Below are positions 16,000 to 24,929 of a DNA stretch of 32,000 nucleotides, piece after piece. Below the pieces are notes generated by a model. The model was not told the DNA's origin, did not search any database, and saw only the letters and a list, made by a program, of their open reading frames with translations. The stretch lies in NCBI GenBank assembly GCA_030604855.1, contig JAUVVC010000003.1, forward strand, positions 150,001 to 182,000, in the 5' to 3' direction. The DNA comes from Erysipelotrichaceae bacterium (lineage in GTDB: Bacteria > Bacillota_I > Bacilli_A > Erysipelotrichales > Erysipelotrichaceae). The stretch's first letter is position 1, and every line of letters begins with the position of its first letter. The position numbers were made by a program, and so were the translations under genes.

Positions 16000-17322
16000 A
16001 TGGGGAAATACTTTGGAACAGATGGCATTCGGGGCAAGGCCAATCTAGAGTTGACAGCAGAAACAGCCTTTTTAATCGGACGTGCATTAGGACATCTCTA
16101 CCCGAGCCAAAAGATCGTGGTGGGTATGGATACCCGTTTATCCAGTAGTATGCTTAAGCATGCCTTGATGGCGGGGGTGTGTGCGAGTGGTGCGCATGTT
16201 TATGATACGGATGTCGTACCGACACCCGCGATCGCGTATTTGACGACCCATGAGGATTTTGCGTGTGGCGTCATGATTTCAGCGAGTCATAATCCGTATT
16301 ACGACAATGGAATCAAGATCTTCAATACCCATGGGGTGAAGATCGATGATGCCTTGGAGGCGAAGATTGAGGCGGTCATCGATGGCGAGAACTTACCGTA
16401 TGCGATGTCCGAGCACATCGGAATCGTACATGATTTCAAAAGTGGTTTGAATCACTATAAACAGTGGTTGATCAATCTCTTTGATATGGATTTAAGCAAG
16501 ATCAAGATTGCGATCGATGCGTCCAATGGCTCCGCAACGACGACTGCTTTGGAAGTCTTGGAAGCTTTGGGGGCACAGTGTACGATCATGCACAATGAAC
16601 CCAATGGTGTGAACATCAATGACCATTGTGGATCGACACATCCTGAAGGACTTCAAGCATTCGTTAAAGCCAATGGTTTTGATTTGGGCTTGGCTTTTGA
16701 TGGGGATGCGGATCGTTTGATTGCGGTAGATCATGAAGGTGAACTTGTGGATGGGGATAAGACCATTTACATCTGTGGCACCTACTTGAATGAAAAAGGA
16801 TTGCTTAATGCGAAGAGTGTCGTAACAACCGTCATGGCTAATCTTGGTCTATATAAGGCTTTGAAAGATGCGGGCATCACCAGTGAGCAAACCCAAGTCG
16901 GAGATAAATATGTCTATGAACGGATGCTTCAAAAGGATTTGGTTTTAGGTGGTGAGCAATCCGGACACATCATCTTCAAGCAACACGCGACGACTGGTGA
17001 TGGTTTATTGACCGCCTTAAAGTTATTGGAGGTCATGCATGCGAAACATGATTCACTACGTCATTTGGGTGAGCCGGTTGTCATTTTCCCTCAGGTATTG
17101 AAGAATGTGAAAGTAAACGATAAGAAAGCGGCTTTGAGTAATCCTGTATTAAAAGCGCGCATTGATGAGATGGAATTGGATCTCCACGGTGAAGGACGAA
17201 TTCTGGTCAGACCTTCGGGCACGGAGCCTTTGGTTCGTGTCATGGTCGAAGCTGCGAGCATTGATAAGTGCCATGCCTGTTGTGATGAGTTGGTTGAAAT
17301 GATTCACACTTTGAAGTTGTAA
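16000..17322 (+). CDS. glmM: Phosphoglucosamine mutase
   Basis: 440 aa. N-terminus MGKYFGTDGIRG, active-site loop ISASHNPYYDNGIK, FDGDADR and RPSGTEPLVRVMVEA are all present. Confidence 0.95.
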   Translation: MGKYFGTDGIRGKANLELTAETAFLIGRALGHLYPSQKIVVGMDTRLSSSMLKHALMAGVCASGAHVYDTDVVPTPAIAYLTTHEDFACGVMISASHNPYYDNGIKIFNTHGVKIDDALEAKIEAVIDGENLPYAMSEHIGIVHDFKSGLNHYKQWLINLFDMDLSKIKIAIDASNGSATTTALEVLEALGAQCTIMHNEPNGVNINDHCGSTHPEGLQAFVKANGFDLGLAFDGDADRLIAVDHEGELVDGDKTIYICGTYLNEKGLLNAKSVVTTVMANLGLYKALKDAGITSEQTQVGDKYVYERMLQKDLVLGGEQSGHIIFKQHATTGDGLLTALKLLEVMHAKHDSLRHLGEPVVIFPQVLKNVKVNDKKAALSNPVLKARIDEMELDLHGEGRILVRPSGTEPLVRVMVEAASIDKCHACCDELVEMIHTLKL

Positions 17323-17331
17323 GGAGGTTCT

Positions 17332-17988
17332 ATGAAACGCGTGATCTGTGTTGTCGAGGATGAGAAGGATTTGAATGAGTTGGTTCGTAGTTATCTTGAA
17401 AAAGAGGGCTATGAGGTTCGCTCTTACTTTACTTATGAAGAGGCGGTTGTGCATGTCAGCGATGACGATGTGCATCTGTGGATCTTAGACATCATGTTGG
17501 ACAATAAGAGCGGTTTTGATCTCATTGAAGACATTCGACGTCAATCCAAAGCGGTTCCGGTCATTTTCATGTCGGCACGGGATAAAGAATTTGATCGCAT
17601 CATCGGTCTTGAAAAGGGCAGTGATGACTATATCACCAAGCCGTTCTCTCCCAAAGAATTGGTTCTGCGTGTGAACAACATTGTGCGTCGTGTCTACAAA
17701 GATGACAATCGTATGCATGTGGATGCGTATGAAATCGATGTGGAACAGCGTAAGGTTTACTGCAACAACCAGGAGATCGAATTGACGACCAAGGAATTTG
17801 ATTTATTGATGCTCTTTGTCCGCAACAAGCAGACGGCGTTTTCACGGGGTCAGATTTTGGCACGTGTTTGGGAAACGAACTATTATGGCAGTGATCGGGT
17901 GGTGGACGACACCCTTCGACGTTTACGTAGAAAAATGAAAGATTTGAATATTCATACCATCTATGGGTATGGATATCGATTAGGTTAA
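17332..17988 (+). CDS. OmpR/PhoB-type response regulator
   Basis: 218 aa, with AAGGAGG 9 nt after the glmM stop. The receiver has ..VVEDE.. and ..LDIMLD.., plus KPF. The C-terminal winged helix ends ..IHTIYGYGYRLG. Confidence 0.9.
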   Translation: MKRVICVVEDEKDLNELVRSYLEKEGYEVRSYFTYEEAVVHVSDDDVHLWILDIMLDNKSGFDLIEDIRRQSKAVPVIFMSARDKEFDRIIGLEKGSDDYITKPFSPKELVLRVNNIVRRVYKDDNRMHVDAYEIDVEQRKVYCNNQEIELTTKEFDLLMLFVRNKQTAFSRGQILARVWETNYYGSDRVVDDTLRRLRRKMKDLNIHTIYGYGYRLG

Positions 17989-17989
17989 A

Positions 17990-19351
17990 ATGTCACGATT
18001 TAAGAAAATGTTAAAAGGCATGTCGCTGACGCAACAACTGATGAGTGTTGTGTTGGTTTCACTCGCCTTTTTTATTTTCTTTTTAATGGTCTTTATCTTC
18101 GGCAACATCAACAGTCTCGTACGAGAACAGTTGTATACGAACATTGACAGTACGCAATTACGTGTCGTTCGTAATCTTAAGGGCTCACTGAGCAATGATG
18201 AGATGTTCATTGGGACAGATCCCAATGTCATTCACATCCTTTATCCAACGGATGATACGAACCCGGTTCAAACCAATGCGAATACGAAGATCGATGTGGA
18301 ATTGGATCGCTTGTTTCGTGAAGACATCTTGAATCAAAACTTGGACATTCAGCGATACGAGACATCGAAGACGAGTTTGGATATCGTGTATCAGATACGT
18401 AAGGTGGATGAATCCACAACGATCGTCAGTTTTGTGCCACAGAGTTACATGGATCAGTTTAAGTTGACTCTGGTCAATGGGGTTGTGAACATCCTCTTGG
18501 TCATTGTGGGGATTTTGTTTTTATTGTTGATGTTGTGGGTGGGCTATTTGATTCACTCCTTAAAGCAGATTGAAGTGTACATCAATAAATATCGCAAGGG
18601 ACAAAAAGTTGAATTAAAATTGGATCGTAATGATGAAGTGGGTGAATTGGGACGTGCCATCGTGCAGATGAATGATGAAATCAAGCGTCAGGAACAACTT
18701 AAGGAAGAAATGGTTCAAAACATCTCACATGATTTGAAGACACCGATCGCTACAATCAAGTCCTATGGTGAAAGCATCAAAGATGGTATCTATCCGTATG
18801 AGACCTTAGAGAAGAGTGTTGATGTCATCATTGAACATGCGAATCGTTTGGAGAAGAAGGTTCATAGTTTGTTGCTTCTCAACCGGATGGGTTATTTGAT
18901 TGCGGAAGATAAAGGCAATGATAAGACCGATATGAAAGCAGTTATTGAGAAGGTCATTCTTTCGCTAAAGGTGTTTAAACCTTCAATCGAACTGAAAACT
19001 GATCTTACGTCATGCAGCTATTATGGTAGTGAGGAACCTTGGCGTGTCGTTATTGAGAATATCTTGGATAATGCTTTGCGGTATGCTAAAACAGAAATCA
19101 CCATTGATTTAAAACCCGATTATTGTATCATTTACAATGATGGCATCAATATTCCTGAAGAAAGAATCGAACAGCTTTTCAGACCTTATGAAAAAGGACA
19201 GGGAGGTCAGTTTGGTTTGGGATTGGCGATCGTCAAACGTGTATTGACGGCGTATCATTATACGATCCGAATCAAAAATTTAAGTTATGGTGTTCAGTTC
19301 ATCATAGAAAAAGAAAAGTCGAATGTTAAAGTGAAAGATGAGTACATTTAA
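17990..19351 (+). CDS. Sensor histidine kinase (2 TM, ~130-aa extracytoplasmic loop, HAMP, HisKA, HATPase)
   Basis: 453 aa. H-box is ISHDLKTPIATIKSY, N-box is ..NILDNALRYA.., and the G-boxes include ..GGQFGLGLAIVKR... Confidence 0.9.
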   Translation: MSRFKKMLKGMSLTQQLMSVVLVSLAFFIFFLMVFIFGNINSLVREQLYTNIDSTQLRVVRNLKGSLSNDEMFIGTDPNVIHILYPTDDTNPVQTNANTKIDVELDRLFREDILNQNLDIQRYETSKTSLDIVYQIRKVDESTTIVSFVPQSYMDQFKLTLVNGVVNILLVIVGILFLLLMLWVGYLIHSLKQIEVYINKYRKGQKVELKLDRNDEVGELGRAIVQMNDEIKRQEQLKEEMVQNISHDLKTPIATIKSYGESIKDGIYPYETLEKSVDVIIEHANRLEKKVHSLLLLNRMGYLIAEDKGNDKTDMKAVIEKVILSLKVFKPSIELKTDLTSCSYYGSEEPWRVVIENILDNALRYAKTEITIDLKPDYCIIYNDGINIPEERIEQLFRPYEKGQGGQFGLGLAIVKRVLTAYHYTIRIKNLSYGVQFIIEKEKSNVKVKDEYI

Positions 19352-20112
19352 TGCCCTTTAAAGATGTTCTTCAAATAAAATCCTATTATACCCAACAAGG
19401 TGAAGGTAAAGATGTTTTGTGCCTGGTCGGTTGGGGTCAGGATAGCCAGATGTTTCAGCCGACTGCAGATCACTTAGCAGATCGTTTTCGTGTGACGGTT
19501 GTGGATTACCCTGGTTTTGGTCAAAGTGAAAGCATGCATGAAGCTTGGGATGTGGATGGCTATGTACAGTGGTTGGATGCGCTCTTAAAGGTTTTGGATG
19601 TAAAAGATCCGATCATTATCGCACATTCATTTGGAGCGCGTTTAGCAATCAAATATCAATTGACGCGACCTGTTCACAAGTTGATTTTGACAGGGGCTGC
19701 GGGGATCCGTCCAAAGCGTAGTCTGGATACGGTTCTTAGAATCTATAGTTTCAAGGTGTTGAAGCAGATCTTCAAGTTGCCTTTCTTAGTCAAATACCAA
19801 GAACCTCTGCGTAAGCTTTTTGGAAGTGAGGATTATAAGGCGATTAGTGGCGTCTTGCGTGCGAGTTTCGTCAAGATCGTCAATGAGGATTTAACACCTT
19901 ATCTTAAACATATTGAAGTGCCGACCTTGCTTATTTGGGGTAATCAAGATGATGCGACACCATTGTGGATGGGTAAGAAGATGGAGAAAGAGATTAAAGA
20001 TGCAGGATTGGTTATTTTTGAAAACGATGGACATTATGCTTATTGGAATCAATTAAGTCGATTCCATGCGATCGTGTCAGTTTTCTTAGAAGAGGACGCA
20101 AGCCATGTTTGA
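19351..20112 (+). CDS. Alpha/beta-fold hydrolase
   Basis: 253 aa with a TAATG overlap with the kinase gene. The nucleophile elbow is AHSFGA, and the catalytic-His region is ..FENDGHYAY... Confidence 0.8.
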   Translation: MPFKDVLQIKSYYTQQGEGKDVLCLVGWGQDSQMFQPTADHLADRFRVTVVDYPGFGQSESMHEAWDVDGYVQWLDALLKVLDVKDPIIIAHSFGARLAIKYQLTRPVHKLILTGAAGIRPKRSLDTVLRIYSFKVLKQIFKLPFLVKYQEPLRKLFGSEDYKAISGVLRASFVKIVNEDLTPYLKHIEVPTLLIWGNQDDATPLWMGKKMEKEIKDAGLVIFENDGHYAYWNQLSRFHAIVSVFLEEDASHV

Positions 20113-21703
20113 TTTCATTTTGTTTATCAATCGTTTAATGATGTTTATCGCGTTGTTTGTTTTCTTGTGGATCCCTCTAAAACAGAGTTTGCACATGTTT
20201 CAACAAAACCGTTATGAATTGAGACGCTATGGTCCTTGGTTAAGGGATCGTTTGAAGTTTGACTTGAAACGTGAGTTGCGATGGTCGATGATCGTCGTTC
20301 TATATGTTTTGATTTCTTTAGCGAGTTATTTCATCCCTGTTCTGGGATCGACGCTGTGGCTTGTTTTCACGCTGATTTTAGCGTATTTTGCGATTCAAAG
20401 TGACAAGCAACAAAAGTTCATCAAAAAGCTTCACTATACCAGTCGTGTTAAACGTCAAATGGTGGTCATGCTTGTTTTGATGGGCTTGGTGATTTTGGGT
20501 CTCTATCAACTCCAATGGTTTTTAATCAGTCTATTGACACCGATCATGGTCATGATGGTTTGGTTGATGATTTATGTCATGGCCATTCTAACGCTTCCTT
20601 TTGAAGCCTTGGTCAAACACTATTACATTCATAAGGCTAGACAAGCGTTGGATGCGCATCCACGTCTGATCAAGATTGGGATCACGGGCAGTTATGGTAA
20701 GACTTCCAGTAAGAACATTCTCAACGAGATTCTCTCTGAGCGTTATTATGTCTTGAGCACACCAGCATCGTTCAATACACCGATGGGTTTGACCATTACC
20801 ATTCGCGAGCAACTCAAGGCGATTCATCAAGTGTTCATTGCGGAAATGGGTGCGGATAAAGTTGGGGAAATCAATTTCTTGAGTAAGTTCATTCGTCCAC
20901 ATTATGCGATTGTAACGGCAATTGGACCTCAACACTTAAATACCTTTAAGACGTTGGAAAACATTCAGCGTGAGAAAATGCGTCTGATTGAGAATCTACC
21001 GGTCAATGGTGTGGGTGTGATCAATTATGATTATGCGACGATTCGTGATTATCGTATTAAAAACAATTGTAAGATCGTGACCTATGCCTTGGATCATGAA
21101 GCGGATTTTAAGGCAATCAATATTCAGTATTCACAAGAAGGTTCGACCTTTGATGTGGTGTGCCTTGAAGGAACGTATGCCTTTGAGACACGTTTGTTGG
21201 GCAAACACAACATTGGTAATATTCTTGCGGGGATTGCGTTGGGACGTCAACTCGGTTTGGATTGGGCTAACTTGCAGAAAGCGGTCATGGGTGTGAACTA
21301 TGTTGAGCATCGTATCCAACTTAAAAAAATAAATGGTTTCAACTATATTGATAATGCCTTTAATTCAAATCCAGAAGGCGCTAAAATGTCATTGGAAGTG
21401 ATGAAGATGATGCCGAATCATCGTTATATCATCACACCTGGAATGATTGACTTAGGTCATGAGCAAGATGCTTATAATAAGGCCTTTGGTCGACAGATGT
21501 TGGCTTGTGTAGATACCGTTATTCTCGTTGGTAAGAAGCAGACGCAAGCCATCTATGAAGGTTTGGTAGAGGTTGGTTTTGATTTAAAAGAAGTCTTGAT
21601 TGTGGATACAGTAAAAGAAGCTTTTGCATATATCGAAGCGAATGCATCGCGCGATGACATGATCCTTTTGGAAAATGATTTACCCGATGCCTTCAATCGT
21701 TAG
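20105..21703 (+). CDS. murF: MurF-like Mur ligase (UDP-MurNAc-tripeptide--D-Ala-D-Ala ligase family) with a ~165-aa polytopic membrane N-terminus
   Basis: 532 aa overlapping the hydrolase gene by 8 nt. Residues 1-165 contain 4-5 hydrophobic helices. The P-loop GITGSYGKTSSK is at residues 192-203 (nt ~20678-20713). Central and C-terminal Mur-ligase blocks are present (..FIAEMGADKVGEI.., ..VEHR.., ..IDNAFNSNPEGA.., ..LLENDLPD..). Confidence 0.78.
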   Translation: MFDFILFINRLMMFIALFVFLWIPLKQSLHMFQQNRYELRRYGPWLRDRLKFDLKRELRWSMIVVLYVLISLASYFIPVLGSTLWLVFTLILAYFAIQSDKQQKFIKKLHYTSRVKRQMVVMLVLMGLVILGLYQLQWFLISLLTPIMVMMVWLMIYVMAILTLPFEALVKHYYIHKARQALDAHPRLIKIGITGSYGKTSSKNILNEILSERYYVLSTPASFNTPMGLTITIREQLKAIHQVFIAEMGADKVGEINFLSKFIRPHYAIVTAIGPQHLNTFKTLENIQREKMRLIENLPVNGVGVINYDYATIRDYRIKNNCKIVTYALDHEADFKAINIQYSQEGSTFDVVCLEGTYAFETRLLGKHNIGNILAGIALGRQLGLDWANLQKAVMGVNYVEHRIQLKKINGFNYIDNAFNSNPEGAKMSLEVMKMMPNHRYIITPGMIDLGHEQDAYNKAFGRQMLACVDTVILVGKKQTQAIYEGLVEVGFDLKEVLIVDTVKEAFAYIEANASRDDMILLENDLPDAFNR

Positions 21704-21712
21704 GAGAATGTT

Positions 21713-22312
21713 ATGGAGTGGAATCATTTCCTCAGTAAATTATTGGCATTAAGTAAAGTGGGTCTAAAGTTTTCTAAGGATCCGTATGCATTGGAGAATT
21801 ATCAAGAACTGCATGACTTGGTTATCCTGCAGAGTGAAGAAGTTGATCAGAAGATTGATTCCATTAAACTCTATCCTAAAGACGCATATCCGACTCCGAA
21901 TGTCTCTGTTCGTGTCATCATCTTCAATGATAAGAATGAATTGTTGATGGTGAAAGAGCGATCTGATGAGAATTATGCGGTTCCAGGCGGTTGGTGTGAT
22001 GTCTTTGAATCCGCACGTGAGAATGCGATTAAAGAAGTCAAACAAGAGACCAATTTGGATGTCTCCTTGGTTCGCTTATTGGGCGTCTTACAACGTGATC
22101 TGTATAAACCAAAACCCAGTATGGTTTCGGAATATGTCCTTTATTTTCTAGCGAAGGTTGAAGGCGGAAGCTTAGCCTATAATCATGAATTGATGGATAT
22201 TGGATACTTTGCATTAGATGCACTGCCTCCTTTATCGTTCAAGTCCACGGAAATAGAATTGAGACGGATGTTGGATGTGGCGATCAATGGGAAAGATGTC
22301 GATTTTGACTGA
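21713..22312 (+). CDS. Nudix hydrolase with an N-terminal Nudix_N-type helical domain
   Basis: 199 aa. The Nudix box region reads GGWCDVFESARENAIKEVKQETNL. The N-terminus ..LLALSKVGLKFSKDPYALENYQEL.. resembles the N-terminal domain of YjhB/ADP-ribose-pyrophosphatase-like proteins. Confidence 0.82.
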   Translation: MEWNHFLSKLLALSKVGLKFSKDPYALENYQELHDLVILQSEEVDQKIDSIKLYPKDAYPTPNVSVRVIIFNDKNELLMVKERSDENYAVPGGWCDVFESARENAIKEVKQETNLDVSLVRLLGVLQRDLYKPKPSMVSEYVLYFLAKVEGGSLAYNHELMDIGYFALDALPPLSFKSTEIELRRMLDVAINGKDVDFD

Positions 22313-22324
22313 GGAGCTGAACCT

Positions 22325-23491
22325 ATGAAATTAAATGTTGGTGTGTTATTTGGCGGGAATTCCGTTGAACATGAGGTCAGTATCATCTCTGCTTCGCAGG
22401 CGATGGCGGCTTTTGATGTGGAACGTTATCATGTCGTACCCTTGTATCTATCAAAGGATAATCAACTGTACAGTGGTCCTCAACTCATGGATGTCAAACA
22501 ATTCAAAGACTTGAAGTCCATTCAACAAAAAGTACCACAAGTGACCTTATATAAAGAAAAACAGAACATCTTTGTCCAAAGCATAAAGGTATTACCTTGG
22601 CAGAAAGCCCAGCGCATCGATGTGGTCGTGCCTGTCGTACATGGAACCCATTGTGAAGATGGAAGTGTGCAAGGTTACTTAGAGACGATGGGCATTCCCT
22701 ATGCTGGTTCTGATGTGATCGGAGCGGCTTTGGGTCAAGATAAGATTTTCATGAAGATGGCATTTGCCTATCACGATCTACCGATGGTTCCGTGGCTGTA
22801 TTTTGATGTCAAAGCGTATCGGGATGATAAAACAGAGCAGCTCAAGAAGATTCAAAGTTTGGGATATCCTGTCGTGGTCAAACCAGCACGTTTGGGATCC
22901 AGTGTGGGTATTTCCTTTGTGAACTCAGAGGATGAAATCGATATGGCCATCACCGATGCGCTTCAATACGATATGCGTGTCATCATTGAGAAAGCAGTTC
23001 AGAATCTCAGAGAAGTGAATTGCTCCGTTTTGGGTGATGAAATGGATGCGAAGGCATCCGTGTTGGAAGAAGTCATGAAAGGCGATGCGATTCTTTCTTA
23101 TAAAGATAAATACCAAGGTTCGAGTAAAAGCAAGGGCATGGCATCCACATCCCGTATCTGTCCAGCTGAATTGGACGAGACGACGACAAAGACGATTCAA
23201 GAACTTGCGCTTCAAAGTTTCAGAATTTTGGGTTGTGCGGGTGTCGTTCGGATCGACTTTATGATGGATGCGGGTTCGAATTCAATCTACATCAATGAAG
23301 TCAACACCATACCAGGTTCGTTGTCCTTCTATTTATGGGAAAAGAGTGGCTTGCGTTTCAGTGACTTGATGGATACCTTGGTGGATCAGGCGGTTAATCG
23401 GACACGACGTAAGGCGAAAATGATTTTCTCATTTGAAACCAATCTGTTAGAAGGCTATGGTTCAAAAGGTTCAAAAGGGGTTAAAAGATAG
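22325..23491 (+). CDS. ddl: D-alanine--D-alanine ligase
   Basis: 388 aa. N-terminus GVLFGGNSVEHEVSIISA, then KPARLGSSVGISFV, omega-loop ..SYKDKYQG.. with Tyr retained, and ..IYINEVNTIPGSLSF... Confidence 0.9.
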   Translation: MKLNVGVLFGGNSVEHEVSIISASQAMAAFDVERYHVVPLYLSKDNQLYSGPQLMDVKQFKDLKSIQQKVPQVTLYKEKQNIFVQSIKVLPWQKAQRIDVVVPVVHGTHCEDGSVQGYLETMGIPYAGSDVIGAALGQDKIFMKMAFAYHDLPMVPWLYFDVKAYRDDKTEQLKKIQSLGYPVVVKPARLGSSVGISFVNSEDEIDMAITDALQYDMRVIIEKAVQNLREVNCSVLGDEMDAKASVLEEVMKGDAILSYKDKYQGSSKSKGMASTSRICPAELDETTTKTIQELALQSFRILGCAGVVRIDFMMDAGSNSIYINEVNTIPGSLSFYLWEKSGLRFSDLMDTLVDQAVNRTRRKAKMIFSFETNLLEGYGSKGSKGVKR

Positions 23492-23510
23492 CGTGGGAAC
23501 ACGCTATTTT
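23490..23510 (+). terminator. Rho-independent terminator ending the cdaA-to-ddl gene string
   Basis: AGCGTG-GGAA-CACGCT followed by ATTTT, overlapping the ddl stop codon. Confidence 0.6.
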
Positions 23511-23512
23511 AA

Positions 23513-23541
23513 TTGTTTATGCTTTGTAATAAGGCTAAAAT
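23513..23541 (+). promoter_or_regulatory. Promoter for the mgtE pair
   Basis: TTGTTT (23513-23518), a 17-nt spacer, then TAAAAT (23536-23541). The predicted leader is only about 16 nt. Confidence 0.45.
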
Positions 23542-23563
23542 AAGAGGGAAAGGATGTGGTCAT

Positions 23564-24922
23564 ATGGAAGAATTCATCGATATCACAGTAAGTGATCTAA
23601 CGCGTTGGATCAAACAAAAAGAATACAAGAATATTCGAACCTTCTTCGATGAGACCAACATCGTAGATGGGGCGCTTTTAGTCGATGAGTTGGCTACAGA
23701 AGATCTGCTTCATCTTTTTAAGATCGTCCGTAAGGATGTCGGTGCAGAGCTCATCTCCTATTTGGACAGTGACACCATTGAGCGCTTGACCTATAATCTA
23801 ACCAGTTCTCAAATCCAAATTTTATTGGAAGAAATGTATTCGGATGACTTGAATGAGATCTTAAGTGAGCTTCCTGAAGTTTTAGTGACCAAAGTCTTGC
23901 AGGCCGCAAGTCCTGAAATACGTAAACAAATCAATGAGTTCTTGAGCTATGAACCGAACTCATGTGGATCGATCATGTCGGTTGACTTCGTAGCGATCCG
24001 GGACAGCTATACGGTTGCGCAAGCCATGCGTGCGATACGACGTCAAGGCAAGCTTGCGGAAACCATCAACTGGTGTTATGTGGTGGATGACGATAAGAGC
24101 TTGATTGGGAGTATCGGTTTGAAAGAGATTCTTTTTGCGAAGGATGAAGTGCCTGTGGTGGATATCATGGATCATGATGTCTATTATGTCTACACGCATG
24201 ATGACCAAGAAGAAGCGGCACGTTTGATTTCAAAGTATGACATCAGCTGTATTCCTGTCATTGACAGTGCGAAGCAGGTTTTGGGCATTATCACCGTCGA
24301 TGATATCTTTGACGTCGTGGAAGAAGAAGCGACGGAAGACATTCATAAAATGGCTGCGATGTCGCCCTTGGAAGGGTCATATGTGGACTCTTCCATCAAG
24401 TCCATCGTGAAGAGTCGTCTGCCTTGGTTAATGGTTTTAATGATCTCTGCGACCTTCACGGGTTCAATCATTTCAAACAATCAGGAACTTCTGGTTTTAC
24501 TGCCTTCTTTGGCCATCTTCATACCCATGCTTATGGATACAGCAGGGAATGCGGGATCTCAGGCATCGGCGATGGTGATTCGCGGTTTGATCGTGGATGA
24601 TATGAGTGTGCGAGATTTTTTCCGAATCTTATTTAAAGAAACGCAAGTATCGATGCTTCTGGGTGTCGTTCTGTTTGTGATCAACACATTGAGAATCGGT
24701 TTCTTCATGCCCGATGTCGGTTGGGGGATTGCGGTCATGGTTTCATTGACCATCTTTTTGACCATCATTCTGGCTAATCTGGTTGGGGGAAGTCTTCCTT
24801 TATTGGCTCTTGTCTTGAAGCAAGATCCAGCCTCCATGGCAGCTCCGTTGATCACGACCTTGGTAGATGCCTTGTCTTTGACGGCTTATTTCTTGATTGC
24901 GACGCTGTTTTTGAGATTGTGA
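23564..24922 (+). CDS. mgtE: Magnesium transporter MgtE (copy 1)
   Basis: ORF 23513-24922 trimmed to ATG 23564, giving 452 aa. It has the MgtE N-domain, tandem CBS domains (..GIITVDDIFDVVEEEATEDI..) and a 5-TM domain with ..DTAGNAGSQASAMVIRGL... Confidence 0.85.
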   Translation: MEEFIDITVSDLTRWIKQKEYKNIRTFFDETNIVDGALLVDELATEDLLHLFKIVRKDVGAELISYLDSDTIERLTYNLTSSQIQILLEEMYSDDLNEILSELPEVLVTKVLQAASPEIRKQINEFLSYEPNSCGSIMSVDFVAIRDSYTVAQAMRAIRRQGKLAETINWCYVVDDDKSLIGSIGLKEILFAKDEVPVVDIMDHDVYYVYTHDDQEEAARLISKYDISCIPVIDSAKQVLGIITVDDIFDVVEEEATEDIHKMAAMSPLEGSYVDSSIKSIVKSRLPWLMVLMISATFTGSIISNNQELLVLLPSLAIFIPMLMDTAGNAGSQASAMVIRGLIVDDMSVRDFFRILFKETQVSMLLGVVLFVINTLRIGFFMPDVGWGIAVMVSLTIFLTIILANLVGGSLPLLALVLKQDPASMAAPLITTLVDALSLTAYFLIATLFLRL

Positions 24923-24929
24923 GGGATGT

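Noticed and set aside
17332-23491. Van-type glycopeptide resistance cluster (two-component system plus ligase)
   Set aside because: No vanH-like dehydrogenase, vanX/vanY peptidase or serine racemase is present. The Ddl keeps the Glu/Ser/Tyr triad positions (EHEVS, GSSVG, KDKY) expected of a D-Ala-D-Ala ligase rather than a D-Ala-D-Lac enzyme.
23492-23563. M-box (ykoK) Mg2+ riboswitch upstream of mgtE
   Set aside because: Only about 70 nt are available between the ddl terminator and the start codon, and the predicted leader is about 16 nt. That is too short for an M-box of about 160 nt, and no conserved M-box helices are visible.
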